The notes beneath the pieces are model-generated. The model was not told the origin of the DNA, ran no database searches, and saw nothing but the letters and a program-made list of their open reading frames with translations. 64,000 nt of DNA from positions 375 through 64,374 of the forward strand of contig JALHYA010000010.1 in assembly GCA_022868165.1 (NCBI GenBank), read 5' to 3'. Positions within the stretch are counted from its first letter, which is position 1. The number at the start of each line of letters is the position of its first letter. Of the stretch, positions 37,922 to 47,253 are shown one piece after another. A program made the position numbers and the translations under genes. This stretch comes from Patescibacteria group bacterium (GTDB lineage Bacteria; Patescibacteriota; Microgenomatia; UBA8517).

Positions 37922-39737
37922 TATGGAGCAAGAATTAACTCCGGCCTACCCTTATCCTTTAAGGTCATCTGAAATTATTAATCGGATAAACTTATCAAGT
38001 TTAACCCCCGAAGTAACCCTCTCAGATGGAGAAAGGAAGGGATTGTTCGATTTTGAGCAGCCGCTTTTTGAACAACTCAAAGCATTAAAAGATATATCCG
38101 TTTCGGGCCATGTTATCTACCCTGCCGCTTTTACAACCGAAAAAGGCAAAAGCTTATTTCAGGCCACATATTTGGATACTGGCCTGGAGCAAAAGATAAA
38201 AGATAAAGCGCAAAGCTTGGGTTTAAATTGGGATGATGAAAAAGAACAAAGGGTGGCTTGCGAACAATTCTTTGATGAACTAGAAAAAGATATTGAGACC
38301 GTGAGTGAAGGACCAAGACTTGGAGAGGTTGACGAAGAAAACATTAAGCTTTTATCTTCCGAAGCAGACTTAACGAAAATTCCCGAAAGAATCAGAGAAA
38401 GATTAGGTATTTGGAGTGCCAAGTGGGCAAAAAAAGAGTTTAAAAGGCGTTTTCTAGAGGCAGCCGGAAAATTGGAAGATTTACCCAATCCTGCCAGAAT
38501 CTCAAGGGCAGTTGAATTGGAAGATTTTAAGAAAAAAGAAGAGGGCCTGCGTAGGCTGAAAAAAGACATAAAGGGAATAAAATCTTCTAAGGAGGCCGGG
38601 TTGCCATTGGAAAAAGCGGAAGTCGAAGTATGCAATCTTTACATTCGATACATAAACGTTTTAATCGCCAGTTTATACCCCTATAAAAAAATTGAGAGCG
38701 GCATTACACCTCGCTCTATGGAAAGAATCGACCATTTTTTGAGCGGAGTCGGACTTCAGTTTGGAGAAAACGGTCTTTTACAAACTATTCCGGAGCATCT
38801 TGCAAATTATGCCAAAAAACGTTTGGCCGAAATGTCCGAGATTTCTGAGACAGCGGAATACCAAAAATACAACTCTTTTCGGCTTAACGCTCCGCAGGTT
38901 AAGATTTTGGCAGAAAAGATTCTTGACGGATATGGTCTGAAAAAAAAAGGTTGGGAGGCTGTTGTTCTGGAAAGACAGGGGGGGTTGGCAGTAGAATTTG
39001 ATTCGGAAAAGAATACCCGCGAGGTCAAAATTCCCAGAAGTTTCAAAAGCGGCCTGGCGCGCACTTTGCCGCTTTTGGCCCACGAAATTGAAGGACATGT
39101 TCTGCGATATGCGAATAAGGAAGATGCTGCCGGTGGGCTTCGAATCATCCAAGAATTATCTACCGGAAGAGGAAGTATTTTGTCCGAAGGAGCGGCAATG
39201 TGGATGGAAGATGCAACAAAAAAGGAAATGTTTGGGATGGCAGACCCCGCACTTCCTTATTATTGGCTTGCTTCGTCGATAAAAGCTAAGGGCGGAAGTT
39301 TTAAGGATTGTTTTTATGCCTCCCTTCAGGAAAGAGCAAAAGTCGTGCATAATATGACGGTTGAAGAACTGATGAAAGATAGGGAGAAATTTGACAAAGA
39401 ATTTAGTAAGGCTTATTCAAGTACCTTAAGAATTTTTGGAAGATTTACCGACCTTGACGATACCAGCGGATATATTGCCATATCCGACCCGCTGGATTAT
39501 TTGGAACAAGAATTGGTTGTAGAATTTTTAATGAGTCAAAATTCCGGGGATTTTCAAAAGCTTCTTTTTGTGGCCGGCATTGATTTATATTCTGTTGAAT
39601 CTCTGGCGAAAATAAACCTTTTGGATTTAAAAAACGTTAAACAGCCGCTAATGTTTGTTGCCCGGGATCTTTGGCCAAAAATTAAATCCCGCCTTGATGA
39701 GGGACAAAATTTAGAAACAGCAATCGCTTCGATCTAA
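37914..39737 (+). CDS. DUF1704/MATCAP-like zinc carboxypeptidase
   Basis: LAHEIEGHVLR (HExxxH) and SEGAA. Confidence 0.75.
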   Translation: MDNMEQELTPAYPYPLRSSEIINRINLSSLTPEVTLSDGERKGLFDFEQPLFEQLKALKDISVSGHVIYPAAFTTEKGKSLFQATYLDTGLEQKIKDKAQSLGLNWDDEKEQRVACEQFFDELEKDIETVSEGPRLGEVDEENIKLLSSEADLTKIPERIRERLGIWSAKWAKKEFKRRFLEAAGKLEDLPNPARISRAVELEDFKKKEEGLRRLKKDIKGIKSSKEAGLPLEKAEVEVCNLYIRYINVLIASLYPYKKIESGITPRSMERIDHFLSGVGLQFGENGLLQTIPEHLANYAKKRLAEMSEISETAEYQKYNSFRLNAPQVKILAEKILDGYGLKKKGWEAVVLERQGGLAVEFDSEKNTREVKIPRSFKSGLARTLPLLAHEIEGHVLRYANKEDAAGGLRIIQELSTGRGSILSEGAAMWMEDATKKEMFGMADPALPYYWLASSIKAKGGSFKDCFYASLQERAKVVHNMTVEELMKDREKFDKEFSKAYSSTLRIFGRFTDLDDTSGYIAISDPLDYLEQELVVEFLMSQNSGDFQKLLFVAGIDLYSVESLAKINLLDLKNVKQPLMFVARDLWPKIKSRLDEGQNLETAIASI

Positions 39738-39820
39738 ATTGCCAACCAAGCTGATATAATACCCCTACTGGCTCTTTGGCAGACAAATCTCAATAACTCC
39801 ACTTAGAGAGGAGGAGTCTC

Positions 39821-40129
39821 ATGAATCGTGACGAAGAAGATCCCGTTCGGTACGTAGTGGACAATCGGCATGTCCGCCTTGCGGCGGTCCTTGTAGTTCT
39901 AGGGGCGCTGCTCTTGTCTATCGCTACCATCGCCTTTACCAATGGAAGGCCACTGGTGTAGGGATTTTTCTTTCTGGCCGGACTTTGCTTGGCTTCTCTG
40001 GGGCTGTTCTTCAGACCCGGGGAACATACTCGGAGAGCGAGTGGCTTCCTTTTCGGAACGTATCTTGCTTCCGGAGTGGGAGCTCTAGTTCTTCTGGTAT
40101 ATGCCGGAGTCCGAAATCTCCTTCACTGA
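39821..40129 (+). pseudogene. Small membrane protein gene interrupted by one in-frame TAG
   Basis: GAGGAG SD, ATG 39821, TAG 39959-39961; hydrophobic frame continues to TGA 40127-40129. Confidence 0.6.
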
Positions 40130-40201
40130 TGGAGAAAGGAGCACAAAAGGTGCGCGGAGAAATCCGTCAAAAGATTGCTTCGCGCACCAAGTTTTTTAAA
40201 A

Positions 40202-40618
40202 TTACTTCAATTCAACCGTTGCTCCGGCTGCCTTGAGTTTGTCGGCTGCCGACTTTGCATCTTCAGCTTTAGCGTCCTTTAGAATTTCTGCAGGAACCTG
40301 CTCTGTCATATCCTTAGCCTCTTTGAGTCCCAAATTGGGATTAATCTCGCGAAGCGCTTTAATAACTGCAATTTTATTTGCTCCGCCATTAGTCATAATA
40401 ACCGTCTGAACAGCGGCCCCACCTGCGGCTTGGCCGCCTGCTGCCGGTGTTTCTCCGGCTGCCGGTGCGGCTGTTGCTGGAGCTGCCACTGGGGCAACCG
40501 CGCTAACTCCGAGTTTTTCCTGGAGTGCACTTACCAAATCCGAAAGCTCCAAAACAGAGAGCTTGGAGATTTCTTCTACCAATTTTTCGACGCTGGCTGA
40601 TAATTTCTTTTCTGCCAT
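40202..40618 (-). CDS. rplL: 50S ribosomal protein L7/L12
   Basis: KIAVIKALR, GLKEAKD, AGATVELK. Confidence 0.95.
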   Translation of the reverse strand: MAEKKLSASVEKLVEEISKLSVLELSDLVSALQEKLGVSAVAPVAAPATAAPAAGETPAAGGQAAGGAAVQTVIMTNGGANKIAVIKALREINPNLGLKEAKDMTEQVPAEILKDAKAEDAKSAADKLKAAGATVELK

Positions 40619-40623
40619 TTTAA

Positions 40624-41139
40624 TCACCCCGCTTTCGCTTTGAGAACATAAAGAAGTTTCTGTAGATTTCCCTCTAAAACTCCGACCAAACCGTAAGAAG
40701 GGGACATAAGGGTTCCCAAAAGCTGACCCAAAAGAGCGTCCCTGCCGGGCAAAGTGGAAATTATTGCCAAAGATTCCGAGTCGTGGAAGCTTCCTTCTAA
40801 AATTCCGACTTTCATTTGTGGAACCTCAAATTCTTTTGCGAACTTGCCTATAACCTGAATCGGGGCGATTGGGTCCTGGCTGGCTATAACCAAGGCCGTT
40901 TGGCCGGTTAGAATGGAGTCTTTAAGAAGCTCCTCGTCGATTTCGGCTGCCTCACCGGCTCTTTTAAGAAGAGTATTTTTGACAACCAACATAGAAGCTC
41001 CGGCTTCCTTAAGGCGCTTTTTGAGCTCCTGCTGCATCTTAACTCCGAGCCCGGCATAGTTAACCAAGACGACCGACTTGGCGCCTTTCAGCTCCTCGGT
41101 TAGATTTTCTACAAATATTGCTTTTTCTGCCTTCTTCAT
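40624..41139 (-). CDS. rplJ: 50S ribosomal protein L10
   Basis: VVKNTLL, LPGRDALL. Confidence 0.95.
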   Translation of the reverse strand: MKKAEKAIFVENLTEELKGAKSVVLVNYAGLGVKMQQELKKRLKEAGASMLVVKNTLLKRAGEAAEIDEELLKDSILTGQTALVIASQDPIAPIQVIGKFAKEFEVPQMKVGILEGSFHDSESLAIISTLPGRDALLGQLLGTLMSPSYGLVGVLEGNLQKLLYVLKAKAG

Positions 41140-41151
41140 GTTTTGTTTCAA

Positions 41152-41245
41152 TAAAAAAACGCCCCGAGGCGTTTTCTACTGTATGGCCTCGGCAAGACTT
41201 ACGCTGAAAGCGGCTTGCTGTCTTTGGACTTGTCCGTTACTCGGA
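41152..41245 (-). promoter_or_regulatory. L10 leader with terminator
   Basis: Minus strand AAGACAGCAAG..TAA.TCTTGCCGAGG, then AAAACGCC-TCGG-GGCGTTTTTTT upstream of rplJ. Confidence 0.75.
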
Positions 41246-41292
41246 CGAAAGCGATTATAACAAAAAGACAAATGCGGAGTCAACGAGGAGAA

Positions 41293-41586
41293 TTACCTTC
41301 CTTCAACTATATCCTTAAGACTTCGTGTTTTTTTAAGCCTTTCTTGAATTTGTTGGGCTTGTTCGGCGGTTTGCTTCAAGGCAGTCTGCTCGGTCGTAAA
41401 CGGCTTTGTGGGCGCAGTACTTTCAAGCCTTTGTTGGGCTGCCCTTGCGGCCACTTGTTCTTGATAAGTAGGAGTTCTTTTTAGCGGCCCCGTCTTTACA
41501 CCGTGCTCTACATGTTTGGGCTCAAGTCTTGCTTGCTCGCGTTGCATCCAAGCCGGTTTTGGAATTTCGGCACCCGGTTCGCTCAT
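41293..41586 (-). CDS. Hypothetical protein
   Basis: Co-oriented ORF coupled to 41583..42029. Confidence 0.55.
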   Translation of the reverse strand: MSEPGAEIPKPAWMQREQARLEPKHVEHGVKTGPLKRTPTYQEQVAARAAQQRLESTAPTKPFTTEQTALKQTAEQAQQIQERLKKTRSLKDIVEGR

Positions 41587-42029
41587 TTTGGTTGTCTCCT
41601 AAAAAGATTTCCTAAACGCTGAAGTAGTCCTTTTTTGGGCGCCTCCGGAGCGGAAAACCCGGCTGGCTGAGGCGGTCGAGAGAGGTTATACATAGTAGGC
41701 TCGGTGGCTTTTTGCTGCATGCGAACATCGACTTCTTCTTGAGCTTTAAGAATTCTTCTTAAAGGTTCGGCTCCGCCTTTAGCTTCAAGGTGCCCGACCG
41801 TAGTTACTTGAGGAGTAGTTGCAGGTTCCGGTACGGGTTGCCAATCCGGCTTGGGTGAAGGCTCGGTTATAAATGGCGGAACATGAGGGAGTTTGGCTTC
41901 ATCAAGAGCTTTTTTACGCGCTTCTTTGGTGGGATATTGTTTTTCGTTGGAAAGAAAACGCTCCTCGTAGGGGACTTCGTCTCCGGGGGCGGGTCCCGAA
42001 AGTTCGTTTGTATCTTGATCTTCGGCCAT
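41583..42029 (-). CDS. Hypothetical Pro-rich protein with amphipathic C-terminus
   Basis: Ends KKGLLQRLGNLFRRQPK; lies between rplA and rplJ. Confidence 0.6.
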   Translation of the reverse strand: MAEDQDTNELSGPAPGDEVPYEERFLSNEKQYPTKEARKKALDEAKLPHVPPFITEPSPKPDWQPVPEPATTPQVTTVGHLEAKGGAEPLRRILKAQEEVDVRMQQKATEPTMYNLSRPPQPAGFSAPEAPKKGLLQRLGNLFRRQPK

Positions 42030-42048
42030 AACTATATTCTATATTCTA

Positions 42049-42846
42049 TCAAACTTTGATTTTGATAGAAGGGCCCATCGAAGCTTTGACAAACGCTTTG
42101 ACAATTTGTTTACTTCCGCCAAAAGCCTTGAAAATCGCCTCGACATTTTCGGTTAGTTCGCTCTCTTTCTGACTTACCTTGCCGACGACGGTATGAATAA
42201 GCGGGGCTTCCTTTTCGGTTTTAATAGTTACACTATTCCTGGAAAATTCCTTGGCCTTTTTGATATCGGAAATTAATGTTCCGTTTTTGGGATTCGGCAT
42301 AAGCCCCTTGGGTCCCAAAATGCGGGCGAAAGGAACCAATTTCGGCATCATGTCCGCTGTTGCCAAAAGCACATCAAAGTCGATTTTACCTGCGGCGAGC
42401 TTTTTGACGGTATCTTCGTTAGCGACTTCGATTTTTTTCTCTTTTCCGGCGGAGTTGGGGAGAGCTACGTTGGCGCTGATTCCGATCTTTTTAACCAAGA
42501 GATGAAGCTCTACCGAGCCGTCAAACTTTGAATAAGAAGTTTCCTTTACAAGCTTAATTGCTTCTTCCAGTGGGTATAGGGAAGCGACTTTGACTTTGGC
42601 TTTTGCCTCCAAATATTTTTTGCCGCGGACTTTTGGCGCCTTTACCTTTTTTGCTTCTTCTTTTTCTGCTGGGGTTTCTTCGGGCAATGCTTCGGCCTCG
42701 ACTGTCTTTATTCTCTGGCCACCCTTAAGTCCGGCAAGATGAACCCGTTCGACTCGCTTCGCTCGCTCAGGGCCAAAGGCCTTCTTCCCGTGGAGTTTTT
42801 TCTCTTCGGCCTCCTCGCCTATAAAGGCTGTTTTAGTTTTTCCCAT
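42049..42846 (-). CDS. rplA: 50S ribosomal protein L1
   Basis: KFDGSVE, LGPKGLMPNPKNGT, SMGPS. Confidence 0.95.
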   Translation of the reverse strand: MGKTKTAFIGEEAEEKKLHGKKAFGPERAKRVERVHLAGLKGGQRIKTVEAEALPEETPAEKEEAKKVKAPKVRGKKYLEAKAKVKVASLYPLEEAIKLVKETSYSKFDGSVELHLLVKKIGISANVALPNSAGKEKKIEVANEDTVKKLAAGKIDFDVLLATADMMPKLVPFARILGPKGLMPNPKNGTLISDIKKAKEFSRNSVTIKTEKEAPLIHTVVGKVSQKESELTENVEAIFKAFGGSKQIVKAFVKASMGPSIKIKV

Positions 42847-43267
42847 TTTCTGTTTTTATTCCCATGGAGCGGGCTGTTCCGGCTACGATTTTCTTGGCTG
42901 CCTCCAAATCGGTGGTATTCAAATCCTTCATTTTCTCCTTGGCTATTTCGGTTACTTGCGCATCAGTGAGAGTTCCCGCCATCTCTTTGGGAGTATTTCC
43001 CGAGCCTTTTTCGAGCCCCAAAACTTTTTTAATCATGGCCGAAACCGGTGCCAGTTTCGTGACAAAATCGAACGTGCGGTCTTCATAAATGGTGATAACG
43101 GCCGGCACGATATTGCCCTTCATTTGTGCGGTTTTTTCGTTATATTGTTTAACGAAATCCATGATGGCAATTCCGTGCGGACCAAGAGCGGTTCCGACGG
43201 GCGGAGCCGGTGTTGCCTCTCCGGCGGGAAGATTAATTTTTATGACTGATTTAACCTTTTTAGCCAT
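42833..43267 (-). CDS. rplK: 50S ribosomal protein L11
   Basis: ATPAPPVG, GTARSMG. Confidence 0.96.
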   Translation of the reverse strand: MAKKVKSVIKINLPAGEATPAPPVGTALGPHGIAIMDFVKQYNEKTAQMKGNIVPAVITIYEDRTFDFVTKLAPVSAMIKKVLGLEKGSGNTPKEMAGTLTDAQVTEIAKEKMKDLNTTDLEAAKKIVAGTARSMGIKTENGKN

Positions 43268-43313
43268 ATCAATAACTAAATTGGTCACAAGGTTCTGCGC
43301 ACTTGGCGCAGGT

Positions 43314-43395
43314 TCTTATGATTGATTTTACTTTCTTTGTTGCCATATTAAACCTTTTGAATTTGTAGGAAGTCCAGCTCAACCGGTGTTTTCCG
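43314..43395 (-). pseudogene. Displaced, recoded copy of the nusG 3' / rplK 5' junction
   Basis: Reads RKTPVELDFLQIQKV* T MATKKVKSIIR. Confidence 0.9.
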
Positions 43396-43416
43396 CCAGA
43401 GGCGGACAGGCGCGGC

Positions 43417-44031
43417 TTAGACTTTCTGTATTTGTAGAAAATCTAATTCTACAGGTGTTTCCCTTCCAAATATACTTACCAAGACTTTTACTTTACCCTT
43501 TTCGTCATCAAGCTCGTGAATTGTTCCCAAAAAGTCCGAGAAAGGACCGTCCGTAATTTTGACGGCTTCTCCCACCGAAAACTTTGTCTTAAATCTCGGA
43601 GCGGGGGAAGAAACGAATTTTTGAATATTTGTTACTTCCGCTTCCGAAAGTGGGGTAGGTTTATTTCCCGCCCCGACAAATCCGGTAATTCCGGGAGTTG
43701 TGCGCACGGCGAGCCATGTCGGGTCGTCCAAAATCATCTTAACCAGTAGGTATCCGGGGAATATTTTCTCTTTGACCGTGGCTTTTTTACCCCCGCGGAT
43801 TATAACTCTATCCTGTGTGGGAACGAGAAGTTCGAAAATCTTACCCGTAAGATTCATTGTTTCGACTCTCTGGCGAAGTGTCTCCGAAACACGGGCTTCG
43901 TGTCCGGAAGCCGTATGAACTACATACCATTGGGCTTTCGGATCACTGGTTTCGGAAATAACGATGTGGCCGGGAATTTTCTTTTTCCCGGTTCCTCTTT
44001 CGTCAACTGCGGCGGGTGCGGTGTTATCCAT
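43417..44031 (-). CDS. nusG: Transcription termination/antitermination factor NusG
   Basis: WYVVHT.SG.E, FPGYLLV, GPF.DF.G, FGRETPVEL. Confidence 0.97.
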   Translation of the reverse strand: MDNTAPAAVDERGTGKKKIPGHIVISETSDPKAQWYVVHTASGHEARVSETLRQRVETMNLTGKIFELLVPTQDRVIIRGGKKATVKEKIFPGYLLVKMILDDPTWLAVRTTPGITGFVGAGNKPTPLSEAEVTNIQKFVSSPAPRFKTKFSVGEAVKITDGPFSDFLGTIHELDDEKGKVKVLVSIFGRETPVELDFLQIQKV

Positions 44032-44034
44032 TTG

Positions 44035-44238
44035 TTAGTGGCCCAGTAGGGTACTAAGAAGCCTGGTAAAAATAAAGTCCAACCCTCCAACATAAAGACC
44101 CACAATGACGGAGATAATAATAACCATCAAAGTGAGCTTAATTACTTCCTGCCTTTTAGGCCAGACGACCTTGGAAAGCTCTGTTCTTACCTCGCTTAAG
44201 TATCTAACTACGGGTCCCACGAGCTGAAATTGTAACAA
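44035..44238 (-). CDS. secE: Preprotein translocase SecE
   Basis: EL.KVVWP.R.E plus TM helix; start may be GTG near 44220. Confidence 0.92.
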   Translation of the reverse strand: MLQFQLVGPVVRYLSEVRTELSKVVWPKRQEVIKLTLMVIIISVIVGLYVGGLDFIFTRLLSTLLGH

Positions 44239-44292
44239 AAAATGGCCGAAGAAACAAGGAATTCGCGTATATAGGGTATAATATCAGCTACG

Positions 44293-45648
44293 ATGACGCC
44301 AGAAAATCCAAATTTGGAAAATATTCCGGGAGTTTCTCCTGAAAGACGCGATGAGGGCCAGTCGGTAGTCTTCCCGGAAGCGGTTGTTTCAAAGATAGTA
44401 ACTTTAAGGGAGACCATCGAAGAAAAAGGTGCGGAAAGGATAAGAGCCGGGCTTGATAGGGCGGTAATCATAGTCGAAGATACACCCAAATACGCTGAAT
44501 TTTTAACACGTAAAACTCTTTCAGGTTCAGCCAGGTCAGGTGATGTCAGGTACACCCCAGAGGGCGAAATTAAACTCCCAACATACCAGCCGGTAAAAAC
44601 TAGACTGGTGGAAGACCCCGAGGGAAGGGTTAAAAAAAGGTTTAGGGATAATTTGGGAGAAATAGTTGAGGGAATTTTTAGAAGAGAAATTGTAAACCCT
44701 AAAAGGCGTAGGTTTCTGGTAGAGTGGCCGCGTGGAAGAAGGGAGGACTATTTATATAACCTGCCTGCAGGAAGAGACGTAAGGAGAAAGACGATAAGCA
44801 CGCTAAAGACCATAGAGGATGCGATAGACCAGCAAAAAGACATTATTGCGTATTTAGGGTGGGGAGAAGTTGCAGGAGCTGAAGTTGAATTAGCAAAAAG
44901 AATAATTGAGTACACGGAAGGCATTGCATCCAGATTTTTACTAAGAAGAAGGGTTACGAAAGAAGACCTTGAGGTTTTAGCTGCCGAAACAGGGAGGTTT
45001 TTGGAAGGAGCTGGCCTTTATGATCCGAAAGACAAAAGAAAAAGTGAGGCTCAGGCTTTCCTAAGGGAAGCTTCACAGCTTGATATTAGAGGTCGAGCCA
45101 ATTGGTTAAAGTTAGTTTCCGAAATCCTGGCGGCCCGTGCTAGGGCGGTCTATCGTTTGACTGCAATGGGTAGAATGGTCGGGAAGTTTGATAGAAATCT
45201 TCGGGAAATGGCTAACAAAAGGGAACTTTGGCGGTGGGGATTTGAACTTGTGGCGAGACAGTTAGAATTTATTTTGGAAAACCACCCCGCGTTTAGTCGT
45301 CTAGGGGCGGTTGTCTCAATGCAGGAAAGACATGCGCTTGTTGAGGCCATGGGGTATCCTGTGAGAATGCACCTTTCAAAACCCAAGGTAAACCCTTACC
45401 TTCGAAGTGCACGCTGGGCCGCGATAAATATAGTCAGCTGTAAAGAGGAAAAGAAAGAAGAAAATAAAAAAATACTTGGAGAAGAGATAGCCCAAAAGCT
45501 TTTTTTACAACCTGAATTTACCCCCGTCACGGATTTAATTATGCAGGGAAAGTTTTTTGAGGCCAGGCGAAGAACCAGATTATCAATAAGACAACTAAGA
45601 AAAACAAACACCGATTATGAAGACATCAAAAGGACCGGAAAAGCCTGA
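44293..45648 (+). CDS. Hypothetical helical protein
   Basis: 451-aa ORF with TATAAT immediately upstream; no family recognised. Confidence 0.7.
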   Translation: MTPENPNLENIPGVSPERRDEGQSVVFPEAVVSKIVTLRETIEEKGAERIRAGLDRAVIIVEDTPKYAEFLTRKTLSGSARSGDVRYTPEGEIKLPTYQPVKTRLVEDPEGRVKKRFRDNLGEIVEGIFRREIVNPKRRRFLVEWPRGRREDYLYNLPAGRDVRRKTISTLKTIEDAIDQQKDIIAYLGWGEVAGAEVELAKRIIEYTEGIASRFLLRRRVTKEDLEVLAAETGRFLEGAGLYDPKDKRKSEAQAFLREASQLDIRGRANWLKLVSEILAARARAVYRLTAMGRMVGKFDRNLREMANKRELWRWGFELVARQLEFILENHPAFSRLGAVVSMQERHALVEAMGYPVRMHLSKPKVNPYLRSARWAAINIVSCKEEKKEENKKILGEEIAQKLFLQPEFTPVTDLIMQGKFFEARRRTRLSIRQLRKTNTDYEDIKRTGKA

Positions 45649-46360
45649 TTTTAGATACGAGAGTAAGTTTTGGAAGAGGGGCTATAAATTCGTGGCTGGT
45701 GTAGATGAGGTCGGCCGGGGCTGCTTTGCCGGGCCTGTCGTTGTAGGATGTGTCATTTTCTCCAAAGATACGATATACAATACAAAAGACTCCGAAATTA
45801 AAATAGACGACTCCAAAAGATTAACACCCAAACAAAGAGAAGAGGCGGATGATTGGATAAAAAAGAATGTTGCATCCTGGGGAATAGGGGAAACTCCAGC
45901 CAGTTTAATCAATCGAATCGGTATGGCCAAGGCAACAAAAAAGGCCTTCAGGCGTTCCATCTCGGATGCAAGAAAAAGACTAAACGGACGAATCGATTTT
46001 CTCCTGGCAGATGCATTTTTTATCTCCTTTGTTCCCGGCCTTCCCACCAAGAGAAGAAAAGACAATAAAGGCCGATTTAGGAAAAATCCCAAGGGTAGGC
46101 AATTGCCCATTATCGACGGTGACCAGAAGTCCACTTCAATTGCCGCGGCGTCGATTATTGCCAAAGTTTATAGAGATAAGATTATGACCAGTCTAAGTAA
46201 ACAGTCTAAATATAGGAAATACGGGTGGGGAAGAAACAAAGGATACGGTACCAAAGAACATCAGGAGGCCATAAAGAAGTACGGAATTACCCGTTACCAC
46301 AGAAAAGCCTTTGTGGAAACTTTCCTGGAAAAAAGAACTGCCACTGGCAAAGAGGATTAG
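45617..46360 (+). CDS. rnhB: Ribonuclease HII
   Basis: AGVDEVGRG, DDSK, SIAAASIIAKV, NKGYGT. Confidence 0.95.
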   Translation: MKTSKGPEKPDFRYESKFWKRGYKFVAGVDEVGRGCFAGPVVVGCVIFSKDTIYNTKDSEIKIDDSKRLTPKQREEADDWIKKNVASWGIGETPASLINRIGMAKATKKAFRRSISDARKRLNGRIDFLLADAFFISFVPGLPTKRRKDNKGRFRKNPKGRQLPIIDGDQKSTSIAAASIIAKVYRDKIMTSLSKQSKYRKYGWGRNKGYGTKEHQEAIKKYGITRYHRKAFVETFLEKRTATGKED

Positions 46361-46416
46361 GTTGCCCCAATCATTCGCCAGTGGCGTGTGTGTCGTGTCT
46401 GTCGCGCTAGTGCCCC

Positions 46417-46845
46417 CTAGCGGTTCCCGTAGTCAGTTGCCTCCTCGAGGCATTCGTAGCTCTTAAGACGAAATACAGCCTTTCGGATTTTCTTAAAGAG
46501 CCCGAGGTCGAACCCAAAGCGATTTCGATGTATTGTTACCCCCGACCAAAGGTCCTCTGTGTTGATGATGGTGAAAAGCTCGACGGCCGCTCCTGGCACT
46601 GGAAAGTAGTCATCATAGACCGGTTTTCCAGCGTCGAGAAAGAAGCCGTATTGCTTTATCAGGATTGGGTTGTGGCGAAGAACGGCAAGGTGGGCAATGT
46701 TCCGCAGATCGTAGTGGACTGCGAGCTTCAAACCTTGGCGATTGAGCCACCACCATAGAAAGAACCTGAACCAACCCAGCTGCTTACTTTTCTGTGCATC
46801 TTTTCTCGAACCCTTCTTAAGTGCAAATACAGTTTGCTTGGACAT
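46417..46845 (-). CDS. Orphan hypothetical protein
   Basis: AAGGAG SD upstream; 142 aa. Confidence 0.55.
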   Translation of the reverse strand: MSKQTVFALKKGSRKDAQKSKQLGWFRFFLWWWLNRQGLKLAVHYDLRNIAHLAVLRHNPILIKQYGFFLDAGKPVYDDYFPVPGAAVELFTIINTEDLWSGVTIHRNRFGFDLGLFKKIRKAVFRLKSYECLEEATDYGNR

Positions 46846-46962
46846 TTTCCCATCTCCTTTTGTGAGTTAGGGAACGGATGTGAACGTGCGACAGACGAAC
46901 GACACGACGAACACGATATCACACTATAGGCCAGAAGTCAAGTTAATGGAGCTTGCCAAAAA

Positions 46963-47157
46963 TTAAAAGTTCCTCTTCTTCTCCATCTCCCGAAGGTATT
47001 CGAGGCGGTATTTCTTTTCTTTTCTTCGTTCTGCCGGCTTTTTGTAGCGCTCTCTGTCTCTTAACTCCAGCAAAATTCCCTCGTTAAGGACTTTCTTCCT
47101 AAAACGAGCAATAAGTCTATCTTCGGATTCGCCTTTTTTCTTTTTAACAACAAACAA
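46963..47157 (-). CDS. rpsU: 30S ribosomal protein S21
   Basis: GESEDRLIARFRKKV..YKKP; probable TTG start. Confidence 0.88.
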   Translation of the reverse strand: MFVVKKKKGESEDRLIARFRKKVLNEGILLELRDRERYKKPAERRKEKKYRLEYLREMEKKRNF

Positions 47158-47253
47158 GGTGAATTCGCCCCCTTCCCAGTTTGGAAAACATTCCTCATAT
47201 GAATCACCAGCCAATATTGTAACAGACAAGTAAAGCCTTTTAAACGGCCAAAT

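Noticed and set aside
34378-39737. Microviridin/graspetide cluster (two ATP-grasps plus GNAT)
   Set aside because: No precursor peptide with leader or core motifs found; ligases look RimK/glutamate-ligase-like.
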